Below are positions 1 through 12,215 of a stretch of 64,000 nt of DNA, one piece after another. The first letter of the stretch is position 1. Each line of letters opens with the position of its first letter. A program made the translations under genes and the position numbers. Source of the DNA: Octopus vulgaris (lineage: Eukaryota); assembly GCA_951406725.2 (NCBI GenBank), contig OX597816.1:89218001-89282000 (forward strand), given 5' to 3'. The notes beneath the pieces are model-generated. The model ran no database searches. It saw only the letters and a list, made by a program, of their open reading frames with translations, and had not been told where the DNA came from.

Positions 1-116
1 CTCAAGTTAGAGAAGGGGTGTGTATTATACACAAGGTTTAGGTTTTTCAGAGGTACAGCCCCCAAAAATCCTCTGCGTATTATATTCAAGGGCCGACTAT
101 ACTCGAGGATTTACGG
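1..116. mobile_element. Terminal part of a Tc2/pogo-like DNA transposon (TIR), cut by the window edge
   Basis: The reverse complement of the end reads CCGTAAATCCTCGAGTATAGTCGGCC and is followed by TA at 117-118. A CCGTA-start TIR with a TA target is typical of Tc2/pogo-type elements. A GTATTATA-like subterminal motif recurs. Confidence 0.55.
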
Positions 117-498
117 TATAAATTTGTTTGCATCCGCGGAGAAATATAGCATATACCTATTTATGTAGTCACATCAGATAATGACTTCAATAAATTGATA
201 AAACTCGTTGGCATCTAGATCAAGCATATTACTAATGATACAGCAGAAAGATTATTTTGAATATTGAATATATATTATAAGAAATGTCCCATATGGTTAA
301 TCAAAAACATGAAAAGATTTAAGCAAAAACATGTCTACAAATCTCTCTTTAAACAGAAAGAGTGGTATTCGGGGTATAAGTTCAAATCACTTGAGCGCTA
401 CGAAGTATTTTCCATGTTGAAAATTTCTGTATCTCATCTACTGACTCTTTCTCTCTCTCTCTCTCTTTCTCCCTCTCTCAACACACAGACTCGCACAT

Positions 499-530
<32 letters not shown>

Positions 531-936
531 TACACACACATACATATAAATACTTATATGTGTATCTCTATAGAAATATATACACACAAATATTTAAGTA
601 TACATATGAAGAGGAAAGAGAGAGAGAGAGAAAAGACTTGAAAGAGAAAGAGAGAACGCAAGCATAGTGAGACAAAGACAAAGTTCGGAAGCACTTTTCA
701 AAAACGGGGATAAATGCGGAAATATCTTACCCCCGTGAGTAAACAAAGCATTAAGATGACAGGCGCGACAAAAGCTAGAAAAACAAGCAACAGGTTTAGT
801 GCATCAAATATTCAATTTAGTTCCATAACCAATTATTTTTGGTAAACAGAATCAGTCAAAAGGAATCTGTAATTAAGTAATGAAGTAGGTAAACAATTGA
901 ATTTCCCTATAGAAAGGCTGTGAGAAATATGCTTAA

Positions 937-1009
<73 letters not shown>

Positions 1010-2989
1010 TAAAAGGATCAAGAAACGAATAAATTTTTAAATGAAAGTAGAAATGCAAAAAAAACAATTGCAAATAAGCGTATGAAATCTCACAAGAATT
1101 TGTGCAATATTTGGAAATCTTTTATCCTGAATTCTTCAAATATTCGAAATTATGTCAGTTCGTTAACCTTCTGCCATTTGTTGAATCCTGTCGAACAATA
1201 AATTTCCACATAAAAAAAATCTTACGCAGAAAGTAAATGCATCTCAAAGAATAAGAACATATGGCAATATTTTACGCGCACCAACATATTGATTCATTAT
1301 TTCAACTACGTGAAAGTGTTACTATATAATTTGTACTTGGAACTATGAGCCATCTTCTATTTCCATGTATGTTAATGTAAACTTATTAACTGTTTCTTGG
1401 GATGATGACATTTACTGGAAGCAAGATAAGAACTAGGAAAGATAAGTTTCAGGGTTTTGCCTCAAACGAAACATAACATAGTGTCATTGTTACTATGCAA
1501 ATATGTAAGTCGGGTGATGAGCAGTCAAATAATCTGTTGCAACTCGTATGCTACGCAAGGGCATCCGTGGGAGATTTAACTTCAAAATAACTCTTCATGG
1601 AGCAGTGAAAATGACCTGGTGTTAATTCTTGGTTGTGCAATTCCATGTTAACTAGCGTTTCTTATCTATTTCATAAGAGCATGATTGTTACGTATTATGA
1701 TCCCTCGTTTGTAAAGTAGTCATATTGAAATAAAACAAATAAGCTGTGGTGATGGAAGATAAATCCCAGTCAAGCAGATTTGATTACCTGATTCTATTGA
1801 AGAAAAGGCAGGAAAAAAATCATGCAATCCTAAACTGCTTTTAGCTGCAGATTCATGGTATTATCTCAGTATCAGAGGCCGTTAGAATTACTTCAGATTT
1901 TATCGACGCCTTCAACTAAGTGATTCGAAGCCATCCGATGTTAATTTATATTGCTAATGCTGTTGAGAAAGGCATGGATGTTACACAATCTCGTATCCTC
2001 GTTTTTCCTATATACTTAATTTCTTATTCTTATATAGCAAAAATAAAATCGATATAATCACGAAGAAGCGTTAAAAAAAGTCAAAAATAAAATATGGTAG
2101 CAACAGTTCCGGTGTTGATTCTGTTGGCCTCTTCTAACTCCCTGATGTAAGTCAATATTTATTTTTACGCTATATACTTTGCATTTTTGTTTATTCTCAT
2201 GCTCTTTTTCTCTCCTCATTCGCTTCTCTTTTGTCTTTCTTTCTTTCACGTATATTTTTTCAGCTCTCGATCTCAAATAGTTTCCAAATTATCAAGTTAA
2301 GATGTTTCTATAAATGAATGTTGAACGCTTTATCAGATCAATGGCTATGTGTTCGTCATCGATTGTTGTTATGTCTTTTCTTTTATTCGTTCACTTTTAT
2401 ATTCATAGATTTCCTGTTATCTGATCATTAGATGGTGATGGAACACCTGTCGAAAATTAAAGTTTTCGATAATCAATGAACAATTTACACACAGCCAGCT
2501 ACTTTCGCTCAGCAGAAATGAAAACGTCAAGTGCAATAATTCTATCTGTTCTTTGCAAACAGATAAGACCTCCTCCAAAATTGCATTGCTTGACCAAGTA
2601 ACTTGTTCAAGTAAGTATGAATGTACTTTTGTTGCTTCTTTGTTAATACGATATAGTATGTTAAGTTATTTTGTTAACTTAAGCATTTAAATAACAATTT
2701 ATGATCAAATTAAAAAGTTCGGTACTCGAAACATACGTTCCCACCGAGCAGCAATTTATTTTGAAATTGATTTGTTTTTTTTTTTTGTATTGGCTTATTG
2801 TAAAGAAAATATACACATTTTATTGACCAATAATGAATGGGAAGCTGATGGTTTCAAGATCTGAATTTAGAACGTAATTGTATGGTTTTCCTCGGTTTAT
2901 CTCATTCTACAACTGTAATGAATACAAGTGAGCTTAGAAATGAATGAAATACTTGGTGTGTGTCTTGCTGTGACTACCCTTCCTAAAAC

Positions 2990-3660
2990 ATTGGGAATAG
3001 GCCTGGCTCGTGTTCAAACTGCTTTTCTGTCATTTTGAATCCTCACATTCGGCTCCCAATGCACTCTTTACCGACTCAGTCATGCCTACGTTTATACTTA
3101 ATTTGCGCTAGCCTACTACATTTATTTACGAGATGGTTAATACTTTCGTCTCTTTCTCCATAATTTCTGTATTTGTTCCTTGACTGAATTTTATAAATGT
3201 CTGCATCAAATTCGTCCTAATGGCTTATTGTTTTAGTAATAATTAGTAATTCGGTTTCTCCTGTCAAGTTTTCGTCTGTCACCCACAACCAAGATTTTTT
3301 ACTTCCAAAATCAGTTTGATGCATGAATTGGCTTCATGAGTTTTCCTTTTTTCTACTTTAGACCTTCACATTTTCTCTTCTGTTCTTGAATTCTGTATCA
3401 ATGACTCATTCCATATTTCTGGTCAGACATTATTCTTTCTCTTCTATGCATACTTAGTTTTTCAAACCTAATATCACAGTACCGATGATGCATTCTGCCT
3501 TTAACAAATCTGTTTCCTTCATTGCTAGGTAAGTAAAGTCTGTCAATACTACTTTTAAGGTTGTGCACCTTATGTATTGTGAAGAGCTTCCTAGTTTTTC
3601 TCCCTAATTCCTGCGACTCGGTCTTTGTCAATTTTAGAATAGGATCAGAATATCCTAATA
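2990..3660 (-). mobile_element. Decayed R4/Dong-like non-LTR retrotransposon fragment (post-RT region and zinc knuckle)
   Basis: Frameshifted translations: GRKTRKLFTIHKVHNLKSSIDRLYLPSNEG, SWLWVTDENLTGETELLI and EKDESINHLVNKCSRLAQIKYKRRHD. The fragment abuts the (TAA)n array at 3663. Confidence 0.8.
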
Positions 3661-3661
3661 C

Positions 3662-3662
<1 letters not shown>

Positions 3663-3750
<88 letters not shown>
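3663..3750. repeat. (TAA)n microsatellite
   Basis: Direct reading. Confidence 0.97.
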
Positions 3751-3752
<2 letters not shown>

Positions 3753-4828
3753 CGTTTTACATACTGTTGATGTATATTAGTTCAGGGACATATATTGAAG
3801 GTAGTGGAGACATTGACAGGAATATATCGTCAGAATAATTCGTTTATATAGAAATTCGATAAAATTATTTGTCATGAGAAGAGTAGAATATATATGGTTT
3901 CAACTCCACCTCTTTGTCTGAGAGTAAAGAAAGAGAGAAAAACATTTTTATTATCGCTTTTTTTACCAACCTGTGCATATTCACATATATGATCAATCAC
4001 AAGAATGAACTCATGTCAGCAGTCAACGTTTAACGTGTGCCCACGTCTTCATGTATTTATGTATATATTTATGCATGTTTTTATAAAACAGCTACGTACA
4101 TTTGTCATAGAAATCATCTCTCTCATTGTGATATAATACCAGAGGAAAACCGGTATGATTTAGCACATCTTTGTCCTATTAATAATAGCCAGAAATTGAA
4201 GATGCATATGTGCATTTGGAATAAATTTGTTCTACAAGAAAAAGAAATAGAGGGCCCAGATTCTGTATTGCCTGACCTTACCACTGCTCTTCAAAATCTA
4301 GCATACAATCTCAGTATGTTTACAAACACGTAATAGATTTCATTATACTCTAAATGCTGAAATATTTTGTTAATTTCTGACTACTATTTCTGCATCTAGC
4401 GTATATTTTTAGCCTGTCAATAATTATATATATGCCTGCTTTTGTAACTATATAAAATTAAAACTTTTACGTATTGCATTCTAGTTTTGGAGAATGCCAT
4501 GAAATAAGATCTAATTTGAATTTGAGAATATAAAACTGTTCCGATTCTCTTCAGAACCTTATTCAATACGTTTTACTGTTAACAATTTGGAAACATTGAA
4601 ACAAAATATCTGAAAAGGAATGTATATTATTTGATAGTTTATTCGAGGGTGACCAAATAGATGGACCCTGCTAAAGAGGCACCAACAATATTGCAAGGTT
4701 GCATTTACAACAGTGAGTAGTTGCTGTAGTGGAAACACGTGTAGGACATTATAATATGCTGTATATAACTATCAAATAAATTTTATAGGTGTACAAGTCG
4801 CCATAATCTTCATCATAATCATTATTAC

Positions 4829-4897
<69 letters not shown>

Positions 4898-4904
4898 CAT
4901 TATT
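4829..4904. repeat. (ATT)n microsatellite
   Basis: Direct reading. Confidence 0.95.
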
Positions 4905-5084
4905 AAGCACTCCAGACAATTTTTACTGTCCAGCGAAGAAAACAAGGACTTACCCATCGGAAAAACAACTAACAACTAAAGGTAGTCACAGACGTTGGAT
5001 ACTGATCGTTGTGGTTAACCGTTAACTGGAACTTACCTGAGAGCTAATACGCTATCCACCCGGATAATACATCCCTCCAAACTC

Positions 5085-5325
5085 ACGGCTGTGGCCATGC
5101 TGGTGCAGCGCTTTGAAGAAGTTGTAGTCGGATAAATTGACCACAAAACTTTCTATTTATTTATTTTTGAACTTGGTACATTTCCAATTGATCCCTTTGT
5201 AGAACCACCATCTTATGGGGACGGAAACACGTCGACACTGGTTGTCAAGCGGTGGTTAGGGATAATCACACAAACACACACACGAACACACACACTCACA
5301 CGAACACACACACACACACACACGC

Positions 5326-5406
<81 letters not shown>

Positions 5407-5570
5407 CGACGGGCTTCTTTCAGATTCCGTCTACCAAATCCACTCACAAACCTTTTGTCGGCCCGAGACTCTAGTAGAACACTCTTGCCCAAGGTTCAAC
5501 GCAGTGGGACTGAACCCGGAACAAGTTGGTCGGGAAGCAAGCTTTCTACCAAACAGCCACGTTTGCGCCT
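5085..5570 (-). mobile_element. tRNA-derived SINE, family C (CORE-like box, internal TA/TG microsatellite)
   Basis: The reverse complement matches the copy at 20568: head GTGGCTGTTTGGTAG, B-box GGGTTCAGTCCC, CTTGGGCAAGAG, GTGAGTGGATTTGGTAGACGGAA and tail CAGCATGGCCACAG. Confidence 0.85.
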
Positions 5571-5694
5571 GTGCGTGTGTGTGTGCGTTTATTTCTATGT
5601 ATGTATTATGTATCTGTGTGGGTGCTTGTTTGTATGTATGCACACACACATATATTTATGCACATGTATGTATGTATATATAAATATATATATG

Positions 5695-5725
<31 letters not shown>

Positions 5726-5769
5726 ACATGGAGAGAGAGAGCGAGAGAGATACAGCAGAATGACTGCCT

Positions 5770-6420
5770 AACATAGTTTATGCACCAGTTTGATAGCATT
5801 TTAAATGCACTGAGAGGGCTCAAACACAGATGTCTTATATTTGATTTTAGAAAAGCTTTTGTCAAAGACAATCACATACTTCTACTGAAAGAAATTACTT
5901 CATATTGTAGTCTATTAGATACTACTGTAGTGAATTAAATGATGTGGTCGATGGAGTTAAATATCGAGTGGTGTCTTCCAGCGGATTAGGTCGACCCACT
6001 CTTTGCGTTATTTACGAAAATGGCATTCCTTGGAATAGAAGATACACTTAAACAGGCATATTGTCTTCTGTCAGGAGCGCTTCTCGCAATGCCAAATTAT
6101 ATCAGAGCCTTAGTTGTAGATGTGCACAACAACAAAACCTGAAATGCACACATCAATAATAAAAGTCTTATGTCCTGTAGAATGTGGCCATGGATCCTAT
6201 GTAGAGAACCTGATGACATCAGTCTTCTCTATTCTATGTTTGCCTGGTCAGACATTGAATGCTGCTGCCAACTGTTGTCCTCTTATATAAACAAAGCATT
6301 TTGAGAATTGATGCACACTACAGACTGATCTCGAAAAATAATAGCGTGACATGCCTTGATTATCGGATTGTCTCAAATTCTATTCTCCTCCACGCTGCTA
6401 TAATGTGAAAAAATATTCTA
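5770..6420 (+). mobile_element. Highly decayed CR1/L2-like LINE RT relic
   Basis: A DFRKAFVKDNHILLLK-like motif near 5840 (compare DFxKAFDxVxH), a GVPQGSxLGP-like relic near 5970, and LYSMFAWSDIECCCQL near 6230 (compare LYxxxVRPxLEY). Confidence 0.55.
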
Positions 6421-6436
6421 TCAATATTGTTTAAAT

Positions 6437-6788
6437 CAATTGTTATCAACTGGGATCCATATGGCCCCTTGAGAGACTATATAAGATTTTTGGGGTCAAC
6501 ACAACAAAATAATAAATTGGGGATCCACAATAATACTTTAAGGACCCCTGAAAATATGTTGTTTTAGATGCTTGTGTTGGTATTTATTGCAAGAAAGAGT
6601 TGGGTTTCTTTCTCAAACATTTTACATAGTTCAAACTACATAAGGGAATGTGGAAAGAGAAAATAAGAATTTTGAAATAAGTTTCTATGAAACTTGTTTT
6701 AAACATTGAATGGCTACGGGCGTCCACCAGAATAAAATAGTAATAGAAGGGGTCTATAAATAAAATAAAAAATGGCTGAGAACCCCCG
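6437..6788. mobile_element. hAT (Charlie-like) MITE inserted in the LINE relic
   Basis: Degenerate TIRs CAATTGTTATCAAC and GCTGAGAACCCCCG, with 8-bp TSD-like flanks GTTTAAAT (6429-6436) and ATCTAAAT (6789-6796). Confidence 0.65.
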
Positions 6789-7423
6789 ATCTAAATGGTG
6801 CCGATATCAAGTTTACAATTAACCCAAAACTTGATCTCAGTGCCATGCTCCACCCACATGTTCCAAGCACATATCTTGTAACAATAATGTGACTCGACAG
6901 AAGTCATATTTTATTCAGCATTTCAGTGTAAGATATCAGAAATGGAAAAGGTCATATTGTATTCAATTGTACGTAGACAAATTTCTCCTAGGGATACGAA
7001 ACAAACTCCGACATCAAGAAGCACTTCAGCAAGCAACAGCTCTATGCTCAAGTTCAAAAACATGACTCAGAAGGCTTGTCCAGGCGGTGTAAATAAGTTA
7101 GTCGGACTTGATCGGAGCCAAAAGGAATTCATTTTACGAGAGAAAACATCTTCTGAACAAAGAGTTAAAGTGTTTCTACATCATATGATTCCAGATATGA
7201 AGTCTCAATTGGAGAATTTATGCAATAGCCTGATGAAAGATCCACAAAATAATAATCAGCAGAACCACGTTTGACGTCTGCATATTGGAAAAAACGGTGT
7301 GCAAATCACTGCTTGAAAAGATTCATGCATAAATTGCATAATCCTGCTATTAACGGTGCACTAAACACTTAAGAGAAACTGGTCCTCTAAGAATAACTTG
7401 CATATATATTTGTGTGCGTCTAG

Positions 7424-7493
<70 letters not shown>

Positions 7494-8511
7494 CATATAC
7501 ATACGTATATATATATATATATATATACATAAACACATACACTCACACGCGTGTGTGTGGGAATATACTTATATGCTTGCACGTATGTCTTATGTATGTA
7601 TATAAGTATGTACACACGCATACAAATATATATAAGCATAATTGTTTGCATATATGCATAGACATATATACATATTATCAATAAAAGTGCATTTTGTTTC
7701 TTTTTCTTATCATACTTTGCTTCTATAATCATATTTTAGATTTATTGCACCCACTTTCCAAATATTAATTATTCCAAATCAAGAACTATATGGAAATCTA
7801 TTTCCTTTAGAATTGTTTGAAAGTTCGATAAACTACTGATAATAGTTTCGACGCGTCAGGAGATTACCTCTAACTCTATGACGTATACCAGCGATAAACT
7901 AGTTATATTAAACAATATCAATCAATTTTATTGATTACCGTATCAATAGATATTAATGGAGAAATTATACGTCATACCAGTTGCTATGCCTCTTTAAGAG
8001 TGTTGTATGTACGTCATGTTCGAGCAATCAGTCATTTACACTCGTCAAGATTGATCTTTAAGAAATCCATGGGAAATTTTCAATACTCAAACGGTAATCT
8101 TTTTTTTATTTGAATGCACAGTTCTAACTCCACGTATTAATGAATATGATTGAGGAGTAGGAATAACTAAACCATTAGAATCGGAGAGAGATATATAAAA
8201 AAAATGAGATACACACAAACACAGAGTGAGTCTCAGGTAAGAGGGAGTAAGACGGAGATTGACTGATGAAGATAGAATAGACGGAAAAAACAGTTGGGAG
8301 AGCCATGGGAACATAAAGTCAAACTAACAGTGAATTTAAGTTATATGGCTACATGGAATATCGGAAATAGGACATGCAGATACGTATATATTCAAATCCA
8401 AGTGTTCACAATTTTGCAGTGTATGTACACATATACACACACCTACGAGCCCACAGATACATTTACACACTAACATGCACAAACACTTACACACAGACAT
8501 ACACACACATA

Positions 8512-8561
<50 letters not shown>

Positions 8562-8602
8562 TATAAATATAGATATATAGATATAGATATACACATACAT
8601 AC

Positions 8603-8795
8603 ATTCTTTTATTCTTTTACTTGTTTCATTCATTTGTCTGCGGCCATGAGAGAGTACGGCCTTTTAGTCGAACAAATTGACCCAAGGACTTATTCTTTGA
8701 ATCAGTCTCTTTTGCCGAACCGCTAAGTTATGGGGACGTAATCACACCAACATCGGATGTCAAGTAATAGCGGGAGGACAAGTGCAGACACAAAA
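8603..8795 (-). mobile_element. SINE family C, 3' half
   Basis: The reverse complement matches 20750-20960 (CCCCATAACTTAGCGGTTCGGCAAAAGAGAC, GAAACAAGTAAAAGAATAAAA). Confidence 0.85.
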
Positions 8796-8797
8796 AT

Positions 8798-8854
<57 letters not shown>

Positions 8855-8914
8855 TCACACAACACACACACCACACCACACACATATATCACACAACACA
8901 CAACACAACAACAC

Positions 8915-8969
<55 letters not shown>

Positions 8970-8991
8970 AAATAATATGTTACATTATTCG

Positions 8992-9066
8992 ATAGTCAAG
9001 ATAAAACTATGAGTTTCAGGTGCCGAAGTGGGAATCCACAACGCCATCTCTTCGGTTATCTGGCTA
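8992..9066 (-). ncRNA. Degenerate type I minimal hammerhead ribozyme in the PLE 3' UTR
   Basis: AGATAA-CCGAAGA-(stem II with GTGG/CCAC)-GAAAC-TCATA-GTT-TTATCT. Stem I AGATAA/TTATCT is perfect. The core has one mismatch to CUGANGA. Confidence 0.6.
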
Positions 9067-9437
9067 TTTGAAAACGCTATGAAAAAATACCGTTATACAA
9101 AGGGAAATTACTGTGTTATAACTCTGCTTGCCTGCGTACTTATACAACGCTATGTAAACGTACACATCTTCACTCGCATTTTTCGCCATAAAAAATTACA
9201 TAAAAATACGTAAAAAATATATAAAAAATATGCATAAAATATATATAAAAATATATGATAGAAGGTATGATGAGGTAAAAAAACCTCCTTGGGACATAAC
9301 ATAGAAAGCATGTTCTATCTGTTTTCTTTAGGGGACCAAAAACGTAACAGAAATTTAGTCCCATATGGGCATGATCCGAAAAGTTCTGTCCTTGAGTTTA
9401 GACATGTAGTAGGGTCTAAGCTGCTTTTCCAGATAAG

Positions 9438-9752
9438 TCATCTCTCCATGTCGCATAGACCGCACCTTACGCTGCCGTTGGTATAGGGCTTACATTTGGC
9501 CAAAATCTTCCAATGTATGTTATAATCGACACCTTTATCCCTTAAAGACCAAATATGATTAGATAATTGTGCCGCTTTTCTTTTGTTCCAGTGCCTAAAG
9601 CTCAAAGTGTGGTTATTGAACCTGGCCTTGAAATTACCCTCTGTAAGGCCCATGTATTTCTTCGTCGAAACGGTGTCTTTAGTGGTTATAGAGTCTACGG
9701 TAGTTTCATATATGATGGTCTTGGACATGCAAGCTCCATTTAGCGGGCACAA
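9438..9752 (-). pseudogene. GIY-YIG endonuclease domain of the Penelope-like element
   Basis: IIY...YMG, the conserved R and H, a Cys linker CPLxGxC and a C-terminal CxLC. Confidence 0.85.
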
Positions 9753-10456
9753 TTCTTTATTCCTGCATGAACAGCTGTTTTCTTGTGTTTTTTAATGTTA
9801 TGTTTGATTATGTTTTTAAAATTGGTAGTGTAACTAAAACTAATTTTTAAATTGTGTCTATTGAAGAGTTTCCTATAAGTATGGTTAACTGGAAAATGTC
9901 TATCTATCAGTGCTAGGAACTATTTACCTATATTGAAGGCCACCTCGGGTGAGTAAGGGGGTGTAAACCAGATGACCTTCCTATTTCTATTATTCCTTTT
10001 CCTTGCTGTTGGGCTAGTAACGGGTGTATATTTTTTTTTTTCGTTAAAACCACTATCTTCTAAAGCCTTATTATTAACTGAGGCAACGCTATTAAAAATG
10101 TCCTTATCAGAGGAGAGGCTAGAAATCCTCTTACTAATATTTTTACTAAATTTTTGAATACTATAGGGGGATGGCATGAACCTACATTAATATAACTTAG
10201 TCTATCATTGGGCTTCCTATAAAGGCTTATAAATATTCTTATTAAGATCTAAGGAAACGTCTAAGAAATTGACAACCGTCAGGTTAGTATCTATAGTTAT
10301 ACTAAGTCCGAAGTATTTCATTAACTGGATAATATCCTTCCTAAAACGATCTTGTTTTAGGAAGACATTCCCTGACGTACATTTCGCCATCTACAAAGAT
10401 GATGCCCTCGCCTTAACAGCTAATACAAATGGACCAGCACAAAATGGTTGATGCTT

Positions 10457-11232
10457 TCAACCATTTTGCCAAGTCCTCCTCCGCGACTTGTACCACCATT
10501 TCAAGAGCTTGTCCCTTCCAATACCTTTGGCGCGTTCTGTTAGCCTGCAAGACAACCACCTTCTCTTCCATTCTCAGCAGTATGGCAGCCACCAGCCAGG
10601 CCACATTCACTTCTGGTGGTATATTTTCCATTCTCATCCCTGGAAGTACGTCTCCCAAAGTACACGGGTAGGAGTACCACCTCATCTGCCTTTAGTGGTT
10701 TGGCCGAGTACAGTCTGGCAGTTGATATCTCCTTCAGTTGCACCTCCACCGTTCCATATTTTCGTCCTCTGGCAAGTTATGCTATCTCCTGCCAGACCGA
10801 CCTGAGTGCTTTTTCCACCTGTGTTTCCGACACCACTTCAATTTTCCTTGTTGCTGTGGCGTAGGTTCTGTACACAATTGTTCCTTCTTCCTTGTCCTTT
10901 GATACTTTTTAGGGGGGAGGACACCTTCACCTCGTTCCCCTCCCTTTCTAGTATTTCCTTGAACTTTCTCAACTCTTCCAGATTAATTTCTTCAATTTTT
11001 CTCTCGCCGCCACTGTGTAACTTCTCTTCTCCATTTCTTTGTCGATCTTGTTTAAGTATTCAACTAATTCTTCCTCAGACAAATCACATTCTAGGAAAGA
11101 ATACCTCAACTTCTCCCAACTTCTCGCGCAACGCCCCTCCATTATACAAGAGGCTAAACGTCGCCCCACCAGGGCAGCAAAAAAACAACAAAAACTCGTG
11201 TGTACGAAACAAGTCCAACAATGCAACTGAAC
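10457..11232 (-). mobile_element. 5' part of a LINE ORF1/gag-like reading frame (frameshifted)
   Basis: ATG at 11142: MEGRCARSWEKL...KRSYTVAAREK...EVQLKEISTARLYSAKPLKADEVVLLPVYFGRRTSR/MRMENIPPEVNVAWLVAAIL. The SYxxxA and PxYxGxR...VPP motifs resemble L1/Tx1-type ORF1 (from recall, not searched). Confidence 0.5.
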
Positions 11233-11885
11233 GGTTTTTTATTACCTATTAACAGTCATACATCGAAATCTTTAAGACAAATACAATACGTACAGACAAC
11301 ACACAACGAGACAACATAAAATCGGGGAACTAAAGTTAGAAAATTGGCATTTGAGAAAATAAGTAAAACCAAGGAAAACGAATGAATTATGAAAAAGATA
11401 ATACAATCAGGCGGAATGCCCACTCGACCCCCGAAGTCGAGTGGTTACATTTAGACAGATTTTCTCTTCTTTATTCCCTCATTCTTTTCAACAACACATT
11501 CTCGACCGTTTTTTCTCACCTTATTTCTCATTATTTTTTCACAACACATTCTCGAAAGAAACAAAATTCACAAATATTTTCTTAACAAAAATAGTTCACA
11601 TTTTTTTTCCACCAAAATGATTATTCTAAATTTATTACGTCTCTCTTGAAAATTTCCAGCCTTGTATAGTCCACAATAGGCGGCCTTCGATTATAGTACA
11701 CCGGCCCATCCATTTTTGCCATAAACTCTCTGTAATGTTTCCACAGTTCGTTGCCCGCTGACTCACTCACCATCACACACCTTTCCTCCTCTGCGAACCT
11801 CCACTTAGGCAGCTTTACTCTCACCAAATTTTTCTACCTTGATATTTTCTTCTCTACCTCTATTGATTTCTTGTAAAAAAAAATC
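11233..11885 (-). mobile_element. ORF C-terminus plus 3' UTR, possibly an upstream copy of the same ORF1-like element
   Basis: The ORF ends ...YYNRRPPIVDYTRLEIFKRDVINLE* at 11621. A 9-bp hairpin CCACTCGAC/GTCGAGTGG lies at 11420-11444, and AATAAAAAA at about 11235-11243. Confidence 0.4.
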
Positions 11886-12070
11886 AGGACGCCTTTATGC
11901 TCACTTTTAAACTCATTGGTCTTTGCACCTTCTGGTCTTTTCTCTACTTCTTATGTTTCAGGCAGCTTTATATCATTTATGTCCGTCTTATATATATACA
12001 TACATATATACATACATATATATACATTCATACATACATTTGTGTGTGTATATGTATATATGCTTGTGTG

Positions 12071-12127
<57 letters not shown>

Positions 12128-12168
12128 CATTGACAAGCGACATAACTCCGCCTTAATCCTATTTGGGA

Positions 12169-12215
12169 GTGATGGACATCGATGTTTCACCATTTTGGTG
12201 GTTTGTTAGCATCAC
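12169..12215 (-). ncRNA. Degenerate type I minimal hammerhead ribozyme
   Basis: GTGATG-CTAACAA-ACCA(CCAAAA)TGGT-GAAAC-ATCGAT-GTC-CATCAC. Stems I and II are perfect, stem/loop III is palindromic and the cleavage triplet is GUC. The core has two G-to-A changes from CUGACGA. Confidence 0.65.

Larger units (their letters stand above)
8975..10441 (-). mobile_element. Penelope-like element (Neptune-like), 5'-truncated: RT C-terminus, GIY-YIG endonuclease and 3' UTR
   Basis: Minus-strand QDRFRKDIIQLMKYFGLSITIDTNLTVVNFLDVSLDL, then NISKRISSLSSDKDIFN...RKVIWFTPPYS, then CPLNGACMSKTIIYE...KYMGLTEGNFKARFNNHTLSF...LSNHIWSL...CGLC. Several frameshifts are present. The 3' end abuts (TA)n. Confidence 0.9.
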
